Assembly: GCA_963840885.1 (NCBI GenBank)
Contig: CAWJAN010000001.1
Span: 115,051 to 179,050, forward strand
Direction: 5' to 3'
DNA from: an uncultured bacterium
GTDB taxonomy: Bacteria > Patescibacteriota > Minisyncoccia > Phycocordibacterales > GWA1-40-21
Length of the DNA stretch: 64,000 bases
Position 1 is the first letter of the stretch; every line of letters begins with the position of its first letter. The notes under the pieces were generated by a model. That model was not told the DNA's origin. It ran no database searches and worked only from the letters and a program-made list of their open reading frames with translations. Positions 9,776 through 18,109 of the stretch are shown piece by piece. The position numbers and the translations under genes are program-made.

Positions 9776-10273
9776 TTAAAATCCGATAATTTCTATCTTG
9801 TCTATTTCCCCGTCGCCGATATGTCTGAAGCTTTCGACAAGTTTTTTAAGCCACTTTCTTTTCTTTTCCACGGCATCTTTGAAAGTAAATATATAGATAT
9901 TATCGAATCCGTTGTAGGCCGACAAGACTTTTATGTCTCCGTTCACGTGGCATATGACCGAGGCTATATCATCCACCGGTATAATCACCTTGGCGTTTAT
10001 GCCTTCCATATCAAGCATATCCTGTATCATTTCCTGGTTTTTTTCGAGCACATCGCGCGCCAGCTGTTTCTGCATGAATGTCTTTGTAATCCTGCCGAGA
10101 GGGCTGAATTTCACCTTCCACCCTTTTTTCCGAAAAGCATTGTTTATCTGCTCTCCTCCGCCAATAAGAATCACGGTAAAATATTTTTTCGATATCTTTT
10201 TTATTTCCGCTATCGCCTTCTTATTTTTCAGTAGCGAGCCTGAAATTTTTATCAGAGCGTTTTGTTTTGCCAT
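9776..10273 (-). CDS. small amino-acid-kinase-fold (PyrH/UMP-kinase-like) protein, apparently truncated
   Basis: LIKISGSLL and VILIGGGEQINNAF resemble the N-terminal half of uridylate/carbamate kinase folds. At 165 aa it is shorter than PyrH. Confidence 0.35.
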   Translation of the reverse strand: MAKQNALIKISGSLLKNKKAIAEIKKISKKYFTVILIGGGEQINNAFRKKGWKVKFSPLGRITKTFMQKQLARDVLEKNQEMIQDMLDMEGINAKVIIPVDDIASVICHVNGDIKVLSAYNGFDNIYIFTFKDAVEKKRKWLKKLVESFRHIGDGEIDKIEIIGF

Positions 10274-10277
10274 TTTG

Positions 10278-10348
10278 CGGGAGATGGAGGAATCGGACCT
10301 CCGACAGCGGTTTTGGAGACCGCAGTTATACCACTTAACTAATCTCCC
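10278..10348 (-). tRNA. tRNA-Trp(CCA)
   Basis: Minus-strand cloverleaf GGGAGAT..AGTGGTA..GCGGT-CTCCAAA-ACCGC..GGAGG-TCCGATT-CCTCC-ATCTCCC-G. It lies in the conserved rpmG-tRNA-Trp arrangement. Confidence 0.8.
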
Positions 10349-10372
10349 ATCGCGAATAAATATAACACAAAT

Positions 10373-10398
10373 AAAAACCGCCCGAAAGGGCGGTTTTT
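10373..10398. terminator. bidirectional intrinsic terminator downstream of rpmG
   Basis: Hairpin aaaaaccgccc-gaaa-gggcggttttt has U-runs on both strands. Confidence 0.75.
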
Positions 10399-10409
10399 AT
10401 TTGTGAATT

Positions 10410-10568
10410 TTATTTCTTCACCTCCTTATGGACGGTATTTTTCTTGCACCATTTGCAAAACTTCTTGAGCTCTATCTTTCGCTCAACGAGTTTTTTATTT
10501 TTTCTTGACCAGTAATTGACTCTTTTGCAATCTTTACAGGCAAGCTTTATGAGTTGTATCTGAGGCAT
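10410..10568 (-). CDS. rpmG: 50S ribosomal protein L33
   Basis: MPQIQLIKLACKDCKRVNYWSRKNKKLVERKIELKKFCKWCKKNTVHKEVKK carries the CxxC...CxxC zinc-ribbon L33 signature. The longer ORF reaching 10703 is probably not the real N-terminus. Confidence 0.75.
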   Translation of the reverse strand: MPQIQLIKLACKDCKRVNYWSRKNKKLVERKIELKKFCKWCKKNTVHKEVKK

Positions 10569-10633
10569 AATTGATTTATTTAACGTTTCAGAGTATAGCC
10601 TAAAATAAGGAAGAAAGCAATGTTTTTTAGTCT

Positions 10634-12313
10634 TTATAGGCTCGTGGGCTCCGCTGGCATTACGCCTTTGGCTTTGAAAATTTTGCTTTTCAAAGTCTGC
10701 CACACGTCTGTAATTTCCTTATTTTTAAGAAGCACGAGGACAAAGATTCCGACAGCGATGGCTATTATCCCGGACAAAAATCCCTGCATGAATATTCCGA
10801 ATGTCGTATTCTGGTTGAACGCGTAGGCAAAAAGATTAAGAGCAAAATAGCTCACTACCCCTATCGACAACGAGCTTATGACCACCTGCCAAAATGTCCT
10901 GAGCACCGGCTTTGAAAAATTCTTGAAATCCTTTTCAAATACAAACCATAATGCCACGCTGTTTATTATCTCTCCGACTGTCCAGCCGAGAGGAAGCGCA
11001 AGCACTATTGTCCCTGGAATATCTTTTATTCTGAGCAAAGTTTCCATTATATTTTTAAATGCCGGATTATTCTTGTACATTACGATAAATAAAAATCCCA
11101 AAATTACCGTGGAAGCGGCGTTTGCAAATTTTGCCCAGAAAGGCTTCTTGGTGTTTCCTGCTGCATAATATGCGCGGACAAAAAGCAATGTCAGATTCTG
11201 AAATGCTATGGAAACAACAAAAACAGCTAGCGACGCAGCTGTAAGACGCGTCTGATACCAGTTGAAAAGGCCTGCGCCGAGAATGGTTCTTACTATCTGC
11301 GCGCGCAGGGTTATAAAAAGCACCGCCGCCGGGACAGACCAGAAAATTATATGCTGAGCAGAAAGCACCGCCTGGTCCACAAATTTCTTATTATCCCCGT
11401 CAGCGAAAGATTGTATTAGTATCGGAAATGCCGCAAGAGAATAACTGACGCCGATGATGGAAAGTAAGACGGACTGCAGGTTGTATGAAAGATTGAAAAT
11501 GGATATTGATCCGGCAGCCATTGTGGAAGCGAAGGATATGAGGAATATTGCGGAAATATTATCAGAACCTAGAGTAAGAGTCCTGGGTACAGATACGAAT
11601 AAGACTTTTTTTATCTCAGCGAAATCGAATTTAAAGCTCGGTCTCGGCACAAGGCCGTGTTCCATGATGAACGGAACCTGTATCAAAAGATGCATAAGAG
11701 CTCCGAAAATAACCCCGTATGCAAGGCCTTTTAAGCCGAATATCGGGAAAAACAGGAGTACCCCCATGATTATTCCCACATTGTATAAAATTGGGCTAAG
11801 AGAATATATGATGAATCTCTTGTAAGTCTGGGTAAGAGTGCCAAAAATATTCGAAAGCCCCAAAAGTATCGGAGAAAGAAGCAGGATTCTTGTCATCATT
11901 ATGACTTTGTCTATATCTTCATGGCTGAAGCCGTTGAAAAGCAGCTGGCTTATCGATGGCACCAGAAAAAAAGCGATGATGCTTACGGCGATTATGAGAA
12001 GGAAAAAGAATGTAAATATGTTTCCTATGAATCGCTTCCCTTCTTCCGGCCCGTCTTTCATCTTGTGCATCAGAAACGGAATAAGGACGGAAACGGAAAC
12101 CATGGAACCGACAGTTATGAAAATAAAATCCGGAATCCTGAAAGACGCGTAATAGATATCGAGCGTCTGTCCTGCGCCGAAATATGCCGCAAGCAGCCTG
12201 TCTCTTACCAAGGCTAGAATCTGGGAAGCAATGGCAAAAAAAGCCAAAAGATAAGCTGCCTGATGCAAACCGCCGACCTCCTTGTTTATAGCGCTGAAAA
12301 ATTTCTTGACCAT
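10634..12313 (-). CDS. murJ: lipid II flippase MurJ/MviN
   Basis: 559 aa with about 14 TM helices. The conserved MurJ N-terminus reads LAFFAIASQILALVRDRLLAAYFGAGQTLDIYYASFRIPDF. Confidence 0.9.
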   Translation of the reverse strand: MVKKFFSAINKEVGGLHQAAYLLAFFAIASQILALVRDRLLAAYFGAGQTLDIYYASFRIPDFIFITVGSMVSVSVLIPFLMHKMKDGPEEGKRFIGNIFTFFFLLIIAVSIIAFFLVPSISQLLFNGFSHEDIDKVIMMTRILLLSPILLGLSNIFGTLTQTYKRFIIYSLSPILYNVGIIMGVLLFFPIFGLKGLAYGVIFGALMHLLIQVPFIMEHGLVPRPSFKFDFAEIKKVLFVSVPRTLTLGSDNISAIFLISFASTMAAGSISIFNLSYNLQSVLLSIIGVSYSLAAFPILIQSFADGDNKKFVDQAVLSAQHIIFWSVPAAVLFITLRAQIVRTILGAGLFNWYQTRLTAASLAVFVVSIAFQNLTLLFVRAYYAAGNTKKPFWAKFANAASTVILGFLFIVMYKNNPAFKNIMETLLRIKDIPGTIVLALPLGWTVGEIINSVALWFVFEKDFKNFSKPVLRTFWQVVISSLSIGVVSYFALNLFAYAFNQNTTFGIFMQGFLSGIIAIAVGIFVLVLLKNKEITDVWQTLKSKIFKAKGVMPAEPTSL

Positions 12314-12361
12314 TTTTTAAAAATATTCAGAGCTTAGTATACTAAATTAAACTTATAAGAC

Positions 12362-12392
12362 AAATGAAAAGGGCCCGCTTTAGGCGGACCCT
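12362..12392 (-). terminator. intrinsic terminator at the 3' end of RNase P RNA
   Basis: Minus strand GGGTCCGCC-TAAA-GGCGGGCCC is followed by TTTTCATTTG. Confidence 0.7.
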
Positions 12393-12394
12393 AT

Positions 12395-12735
12395 TCATGA
12401 ACCTTTATATCTGTAAGCCGAATTCTGTTTGCCGGTTGCCCGGCAAGATAGCCATCTATCTAGGCCAAAAATTGCTTTTTAGCTCGAGCGGCGCTTCCGC
12501 ATAAAGCGGACACGGCCTTGCACAAAGGTAAGGATTTAGCCGTTGCACTTTCACCTTTCGGTGAAATTATTCCCGAAGGAACCCTAGCCTTTCGGCATCG
12601 GCGTCACTGTTCGCACCTCGTGGATTGCTCCAGACGGGCGTTACCCGCTACCCTGCTCCGAGCCTTGCGGCCCGGTTGTGTTCGGACTTTCCTCCCCGGG
12701 AAAATCCCGGAGCAGCTATCCGATACAGAGGCGCT
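12395..12735 (-). ncRNA. rnpB: RNase P RNA (bacterial type)
   Basis: The minus strand contains the universally conserved P4 5' strand GGAGGAAAGTCCG (plus-strand cggactttcctcc at 12682-12694). It also contains the 3' P4 strand ACAGAATTCGGCTTACAG (plus-strand ctgtaagccgaattctgtt at 12411-12429). The region between is GC-rich, stem-rich and ORF-poor. The ends are approximate. Confidence 0.8.
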
Positions 12736-12772
12736 AAAAATTATACAATGATCATTTAATATATGCAAATAT

Positions 12773-12810
12773 AAAACCGCCGCGGCAGAAGCCGCGGCGG
12801 TTTTATATTG
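12773..12810. terminator. bidirectional intrinsic terminator downstream of the pilin-like gene array
   Basis: A perfect 14-bp hairpin aaaaccgccgcggc-agaa-gccgcggcggtttt is present. Confidence 0.8.
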
Positions 12811-12813
12811 ATT

Positions 12814-13056
12814 TTATCTCAAGCCAAGCGTGGAAAGTATGAAGTTTATTATACCTTTTGCGCTAAGCATGATGAATAGGCCGACGATGCCCCAGATCAT
12901 ATGGCTTATGCCTTCCTGCCTTTTGCTTTCATTATCTGCATTCTTTATGAACATGACCACTCCCCACATGAAATACAATATTGCCAAGGCGAATACAAGG
13001 TATTCGGCCGGCGTGAGTATATTGTTGACTATGTTCGTAAAAAGTTTGTCAAACAT
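12814..13056 (-). CDS. small two-TM protein, TrbC/VirB2-pilin-like family, paralog 1 (no signal peptide)
   Basis: 80 aa. TM1 is followed by a charged loop (NADNESKRQEG) and a TM2 carrying the MIWGIVGLFIMLSAKG motif shared with four upstream paralogs. Confidence 0.6.
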   Translation of the reverse strand: MFDKLFTNIVNNILTPAEYLVFALAILYFMWGVVMFIKNADNESKRQEGISHMIWGIVGLFIMLSAKGIINFILSTLGLR

Positions 13057-13081
13057 CTGGTTTGTCTCGTTTGTTTAAAAC

Positions 13082-13426
13082 TTAAGGGAGAGTTGGCAAA
13101 GTTACGGAAGAATTGCCGGTGCCAAACGTATTTACGAGTATTGCTACAAGTCCCCAGACAGAAACCATGACGAAGATTCCCACGATACCCCAGATCATCT
13201 GACCTTTGGCTTTCGACTTCTTTTCATCGCTGTCGGCAATGACAAATACGAAAACTTGCCATATGAAATAAACGACGGCAACCGCAATAAGAACAGGAAG
13301 AATAAGGTTTGCCAGCTGGTGGACATAATTGATGAGTCCGACTACTCCCTGGGTAGGCGTATATTGCGCAAGAGCCACTAAAGGCAAGAAGCTCGATACG
13401 GCCACTGCTGATATCTTTTTTAACAT
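13082..13426 (-). CDS. TrbC/VirB2-pilin-like small secreted membrane protein, paralog 2
   Basis: Signal peptide MLKKISAVAVSSFLPLVALA, then TM1, loop DSDEKKSKAKGQ, and TM2 MIWGIVGIFVMVSVWGLV. The internal ATG at 13424-13426 is the preferred start. Confidence 0.6.
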   Translation of the reverse strand: MLKKISAVAVSSFLPLVALAQYTPTQGVVGLINYVHQLANLILPVLIAVAVVYFIWQVFVFVIADSDEKKSKAKGQMIWGIVGIFVMVSVWGLVAILVNTFGTGNSSVTLPTLP

Positions 13427-13537
13427 AAACTGATTGTTTTTAAATAAACTATTAAATTTTAAAGCGACCAAAATTACGACTTTACATAATTATAAACTGA
13501 CTTATATAAGAGGGCAAGTCTCGTTATCTACACAAAA

Positions 13538-13945
13538 CTAAGGGGTTGGGACATTAACAGGCCTTATCTGTATCTGGGTATCATTGAGCCTGAAAGTATA
13601 TTGGAGAATATTCACGAGCCCCCATACGGAAACCATGACGAAAAGGCCTATGATTCCGTAGATTATGAAATCCTTGGCTTTCTTTTTATTGTCACCTTCG
13701 GCTCTTATGAAAGTGAAAACTCCCCAAAGAAAAGCCAGCACCGCTACAGCCATAAGAACTGGAACAAGAGGATTTATTATGCATCCTATAAACATATTCA
13801 TTACAAGTTCCTTGAAATTTCTCGGGGCCAAGCTGCAGGTAAAACCAGTGAGCGACAAATTGCTCTGGGCATATGAAGAGCCGTAAAACATTCCGAATAC
13901 GAGTGGAGAAACGGATATTGCAAAAATTTTAGCTCTTTTTTTCAT
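13538..13945 (-). CDS. TrbC/VirB2-pilin-like small secreted membrane protein, paralog 3
   Basis: Signal peptide MKKRAKIFAISVSPLVFGMFYGSSYA, then TM1, loop EGDNKKKAKD, and TM2 FIIYGIIGLFVMVSVWGLV. Confidence 0.6.
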   Translation of the reverse strand: MKKRAKIFAISVSPLVFGMFYGSSYAQSNLSLTGFTCSLAPRNFKELVMNMFIGCIINPLVPVLMAVAVLAFLWGVFTFIRAEGDNKKKAKDFIIYGIIGLFVMVSVWGLVNILQYTFRLNDTQIQIRPVNVPTP

Positions 13946-13950
13946 AAAAA

Positions 13951-14292
13951 TTATTGTCCAACTGACTTAATGGTTCCAACAACAAGTGACGCCAGAAGCT
14001 GTGCTCCGAGAAGTATTGCAACGCCTATTACTGTATAAAAGAAGAGTTCTTTTGCTTTCTGAATTTCAGCCGGTTTACCCTGTGCGCGTACGAATACAAA
14101 GCCAGACCAAATAAAGGCAACAATCGCTACAACTACTCCTACTCTTGTAATATAAGTAAGGACTATAGAGACAAGATTTGGAACATTTGTAGTACCTAAA
14201 GGATTTACTATCTGAGCGAAAGAAACAAATGGCATAGCAAGCTGAACAAGAGTTAGACCGCCTATTTTTTTAAACTGTAATATTTTTTTCAT
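13951..14292 (-). CDS. TrbC/VirB2-pilin-like small secreted membrane protein, paralog 4
   Basis: Signal peptide MKKILQFKKIGGLTLVQLAMPFVSFA, then two TM segments separated by the QGKPAEIQKAKE loop. The start is set at the internal ATG at 14290-14292 to avoid overlap with paralog 5. Confidence 0.55.
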   Translation of the reverse strand: MKKILQFKKIGGLTLVQLAMPFVSFAQIVNPLGTTNVPNLVSIVLTYITRVGVVVAIVAFIWSGFVFVRAQGKPAEIQKAKELFFYTVIGVAILLGAQLLASLVVGTIKSVGQ

Positions 14293-14312
14293 ATTTTTAT
14301 TTTTAATAAATT

Positions 14313-14702
14313 TTATTGACCGCCCAAGAATCTGAGCGCCGAGCCGGCATTCGGAACTATCCACTTGATAACCGTATAAACCGCAAGCCAAGAACAAAGG
14401 ACTATAATCATTCCTATAATGGTATTTTTGAACATATTTTTGGCTGCAGTTCTTTCTCCAGGGTTATTAGGATGCAAAAGCATTTTTCCTCCGGCTATTG
14501 CAAATGTAACAGCCGCAACTGAAATTGAAATGCCTAAAAAATATTTTAAGATATTATTTATCAGCTGTATGAAACTGTTGAAATTGCAATCCTGACCATT
14601 ACAAGGAATCACTCCTCCGCTTGATTGCGCGTAAGCCAAAAGCGGCAGAAAAACAAGCGAAGATACGGAGAATGCCAGGATTTTAGAAATATTTCTTTTC
14701 AT
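14313..14702 (-). CDS. TrbC/VirB2-pilin-like small secreted membrane protein, paralog 5 (Cys-containing)
   Basis: Signal peptide MKRNISKILAFSVSSLVFLPLLAYA, a CNGQDC motif, then TM1, loop NPGERTAAKNMFKN, and TM2 TIIGMIIVLCSWLAV. Confidence 0.55.
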   Translation of the reverse strand: MKRNISKILAFSVSSLVFLPLLAYAQSSGGVIPCNGQDCNFNSFIQLINNILKYFLGISISVAAVTFAIAGGKMLLHPNNPGERTAAKNMFKNTIIGMIIVLCSWLAVYTVIKWIVPNAGSALRFLGGQ

Positions 14703-14710
14703 TTGAATGA

Positions 14711-16003
14711 TTATAACAAATTATCCAGTTCTCCGCTTGCATTCTGAACGGAACTATCTACATCAAGACGTCCACTCGTTATATTTTGAATCATTTCCTT
14801 GAATATCTGGTCTGTCTTTGTCATATCCGGGTCAAGCCATCCTTCTGATATAAGAGCTGAGTTGAAAAATACGGTTTTTGCTGGATCTTTGGAACCTTGG
14901 GATATAAGATCCCTTCTTGCCGGGGCAAAATCGGAAACATTGGAAAATTCAGCTTCAGCCTGCGCGCTTGTAAGTGTCGAGATCAGCTGGAATGCAGGAA
15001 CTATATTAGGCGAATTCTTGACCAGAGAGAATCCGTAAAGCTCGCCGAATGTCAGCTTGTTTTTTGTACCGACAACCTGAGGAATCATGGAAACGTCAAA
15101 ATTCAAATTCGGATTCTTGTTCTTTATATCGCCGTATTCCGAAGCAAAGCCGAAATAAACCGCCAAGTTTTCGGCAAGGAAAGACTGCTTTGATGAAGGC
15201 AGGGATATATTCCATGAATAAACAGTTTTCTGGGGATTGGCATAATCCGTATAAAAAGTCATTGCCGAAACTGCAGGCACCGATACGTCCGTCAAAGACC
15301 TGGAATAAAGATCGGACTTAAGTGAGCCATTGTCATTTGCAACTATCTGACTTCCCGCCTGAAGTATGAGGTTGCTGACGATGGCTTTTGCATTATCTAT
15401 ATTGCCGTATTCGCCGAGAGCAACCGCGCTCTGCGTTATATTTCCGCTCTGATCAAGCTTTGTGAGCTTATCGGCAAGCGATGGAAATTCAGCCCATGTT
15501 GCCGGAGGCGTAGCGATGGCCGCACTTCCAAATAGATCTTTGTTCCAATACATCACGAGCGGATCGACAGCAAAAGGAAGAGCGAATGTTCCGCTTGCCT
15601 GAAGATAAAGGTCTGATTCAGGAACAAATGTATCCTGTATTGTGCGCACCGGAATGGACGTCATCAGATACACTTTATCCAGGTATCTTTCTTCAAGATC
15701 TTGCGGCACAAGTATGACATCAGGCTCCTTGCCAGTAGCTATGGCTTCAACCAAATCCCCGTCTATGGTATCAATGCTTTTCTGCGTATATTGTAGCCTG
15801 AGCGATGCATTGTAATCCTGATCGTATTGCTGGATAAAACTGTTGAATGTCGTGCTGTCTATAGTTCCCCAAATAGTTACTTCGACATTGGAATTTGTCG
15901 TGCTTGAGGATTTGTAAGTGGCAAAAACTACAAGCCCGACCACTATCAGAAGCCCGAATACGGCCAGCAATATCAATTTGAATTTATTATCTTCTTTTGG
16001 CAT
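14711..16003 (-). CDS. membrane-anchored extracellular solute-binding-protein-like (SBP family 1-like) protein
   Basis: N-terminal TM anchor followed by a domain of about 400 aa with SBP-like segments (VILVPQDL, YWNKDLFG, and a bilobed alpha/beta pattern). No permease or ATPase partner is adjacent. Confidence 0.5.
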   Translation of the reverse strand: MPKEDNKFKLILLAVFGLLIVVGLVVFATYKSSSTTNSNVEVTIWGTIDSTTFNSFIQQYDQDYNASLRLQYTQKSIDTIDGDLVEAIATGKEPDVILVPQDLEERYLDKVYLMTSIPVRTIQDTFVPESDLYLQASGTFALPFAVDPLVMYWNKDLFGSAAIATPPATWAEFPSLADKLTKLDQSGNITQSAVALGEYGNIDNAKAIVSNLILQAGSQIVANDNGSLKSDLYSRSLTDVSVPAVSAMTFYTDYANPQKTVYSWNISLPSSKQSFLAENLAVYFGFASEYGDIKNKNPNLNFDVSMIPQVVGTKNKLTFGELYGFSLVKNSPNIVPAFQLISTLTSAQAEAEFSNVSDFAPARRDLISQGSKDPAKTVFFNSALISEGWLDPDMTKTDQIFKEMIQNITSGRLDVDSSVQNASGELDNLL

Positions 16004-16024
16004 ATTTTATTAAAATTATTTTTC

Positions 16025-16552
16025 TTATTTTTTTCTGAATACCAATCCATAATGATGGGTGCCGGCATTTATGTCCCGCTCGTATTCGAAGCCGTGCTTT
16101 TCAAAAAGTTCCTTGGCTTTTTGTCCGCTGAAAACAGCTTGTGGCTCTGGTCCCATTCCTCCGAAAGATTCCGACCAGTCTATAACAAGAACCCTTCCGC
16201 CGCGCTTCAATATCCTCTTTATTTCCATGGCTGCATAGTCTTTCTGCTCAAGCTGAAAAAATATATTCGAGGCAATTATGGCATCGAGATATCCTTCCCT
16301 TAATTTTGTTCCGCCAAGATTATCCAAGTCGGTCCATATATTTTCAATATTCAGCAGATGCATTTCTTGGATATGCTTTTTAAGCTTATCAAGCAAGTCT
16401 TTCTGGACATCTATAGCATAAACCTTGCCTGATTCCCCTACGGCTTTGGACAATGCAAGAGCATAGCTGCCTGAACCTGTTCCGAAATCGGCAACCAGGC
16501 TTCCTTTCCCTATATTGAATTGTTCGATATTTTTTTCTGGATCGGAAAACAT
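16025..16552 (-). CDS. class I SAM-dependent methyltransferase
   Basis: Motif I VADFGTGSGSYAL is present, followed by acidic motif II (AIDV) and motif III (LKRGGRVLVID). Confidence 0.75.
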   Translation of the reverse strand: MFSDPEKNIEQFNIGKGSLVADFGTGSGSYALALSKAVGESGKVYAIDVQKDLLDKLKKHIQEMHLLNIENIWTDLDNLGGTKLREGYLDAIIASNIFFQLEQKDYAAMEIKRILKRGGRVLVIDWSESFGGMGPEPQAVFSGQKAKELFEKHGFEYERDINAGTHHYGLVFRKK

Positions 16553-16607
16553 ACGATTATCGAATAATTATAGCTTTATTGGCAAAAGAAGTCCATGAAT
16601 CGGCTAT

Positions 16608-16636
16608 TATAAAACCGCATAATACGCGGTTTTATA
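16608..16636. terminator. bidirectional intrinsic terminator
   Basis: Hairpin aaaaccgc-ataatac-gcggtttt. Confidence 0.7.
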
Positions 16637-16639
16637 AAG

Positions 16640-18109
16640 CTATTTTTTATTTTTCCACTTCTCTATCTCTTTGACTTCTTTTCTGATATATAGTTCTGCG
16701 TCTTCTAAATCATTCTTGAGCTCATTGTTGATTTCTTCTTCCTCCTCGGTCAGCTCTCTTCTGTTTTTGACTTTTTCCAGCTTTCTGATCTGCTCCACTA
16801 CACTTTCTTTAAGCAGATCAAAAGCCTTATGAATCGCATCCTCCGCTTCATCGACTTTTTTGTCTATCAGGAAGAATCTGCGCCATGCATACCATAGCAA
16901 AAGTATCAGAAGTATAATCAAGGAAAGAAGAGGAATGAATATGTCCAAGAAGCTTATGGCCCAGTTTCCTATTATGATTATAGCTGGAGGCCTGACGCTT
17001 ATGCTTATTTCCTTGCTTGACGAGCTTACCGCGCCGCGGCTATCGGTTATCTCTGCCCATATCGTATATGTGCCGTCTTTTAATCCTTCAGTCGATACTA
17101 CCGTGAAATTGCCGCTTGAATCTACACTCGAAATATATTTCCTGATATATCCGCTTGAGTCTTTCAGATAAAGATCCGCTTCGGAATTAAAATATTTCGT
17201 TGTTCCGGACACCGACAAGATGTCGTCTGTTTTTAGGTTTATAGGATAATTGGTTATTATAGGGGCTTCAAGCGATTGCACGAAGAACTGTGCGGAATTT
17301 ATCAGGATATTTCCAAGCTTGCTTACAGCTTTTACCAAAAGAGTATGATTGCCGGCTTCTTGTATCGGAGTCTTATAAATATGGCTGCCGTCGTCATTCC
17401 AGATTTCACTGCTATTATTGTCTATCTGGATTTCGTAATGATCTACGGAATAAGTGCTGTCGGATACGGAAAGCTTGAAGCTTGCCACTGGATCCGTAAG
17501 ATCAGTTCTTTTTATTTCAGTTATATTTAAAACGGCTTGCCCCGTAGACGGAGTAGGCGTCGGCTGATTTTTTACATCCAAAATTGTATATGATGCCTGG
17601 CCGGTGCCCGTAGTTATATCGGTGCCGGAACCGTCGGCTGCAAGGACCGATCCTGAGGTAAAAGACAAGTTTGCCGTCCCGGGTGCCAAAGCCTTAAACG
17701 TAATCGATATTATATTTCCCGAGGAACCTTGGTACCATGGCGGCAAAACTACGCCTTCAAAACTTATTGTGCCTTCAATATTAGAAGAAGCCGGTTCTTG
17801 CGCCCAAAAACCGAATATTGAGCTGCTTTTTGAAATAGAAGAAACTGAAATCAGGTTTGCAGGAAAAGAAATGATTCCTGAAGCGGCATTCATGACTTTG
17901 TCAGCGCTCGAAACCAATACATTTACGGTAAAATAAGAGCCTTTGGTATATGTGCCTGAATTCGGAGACAGCAAGAGCGTAGCCGCCGAAGCTTTAAAGG
18001 CATTTGGAATAAAAAAGGCCGTGATAATGGATAGCAGAAAAAATGTTTTAATAAAAATATCATTAAAACGGCTACAGGAATTTTTTATGTTTGGCTTAAA
18101 CGTTCCCAT
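16640..18109 (-). CDS. cohesin-like domain surface protein with C-terminal TM anchor and coiled coil
   Basis: Signal peptide, then a beta-sandwich segment reading LLLSPNSGTYTKGSYFTVNVLVSS...ISFPANLISV...ISITFKALAPGTANLSFTSGSVLAADGSG, a cohesin-type pattern. A C-terminal TM helix and a charged coiled coil follow. The ATG overlaps the stop of the upstream gene (TAATG). Confidence 0.5.
   Translation of the reverse strand: MGTFKPNIKNSCSRFNDIFIKTFFLLSIITAFFIPNAFKASAATLLLSPNSGTYTKGSYFTVNVLVSSADKVMNAASGIISFPANLISVSSISKSSSIFGFWAQEPASSNIEGTISFEGVVLPPWYQGSSGNIISITFKALAPGTANLSFTSGSVLAADGSGTDITTGTGQASYTILDVKNQPTPTPSTGQAVLNITEIKRTDLTDPVASFKLSVSDSTYSVDHYEIQIDNNSSEIWNDDGSHIYKTPIQEAGNHTLLVKAVSKLGNILINSAQFFVQSLEAPIITNYPINLKTDDILSVSGTTKYFNSEADLYLKDSSGYIRKYISSVDSSGNFTVVSTEGLKDGTYTIWAEITDSRGAVSSSSKEISISVRPPAIIIIGNWAISFLDIFIPLLSLIILLILLLWYAWRRFFLIDKKVDEAEDAIHKAFDLLKESVVEQIRKLEKVKNRRELTEEEEEINNELKNDLEDAELYIRKEVKEIEKWKNKK

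Noticed and set aside
10410-10703. Extended 97-aa ORF containing L33
   Set aside because: The L33 family is about 50 aa. The conserved CxxC zinc ribbon begins right after the internal Met, so the N-terminal 45 aa are most likely 5' UTR read-through.
12518-12751. 77-aa plus-strand ORF in a GC-rich segment
   Set aside because: It lies entirely within the RNase P RNA gene on the opposite strand. It is Arg/Pro/Leu-rich, as expected from random translation of GC-rich structured RNA.
13951-14397. 148-aa version of pilin-like paralog 4 overlapping paralog 5
   Set aside because: The internal start MKKILQF gives the same signal-peptide architecture as the paralogs and removes an 85-nt overlap.
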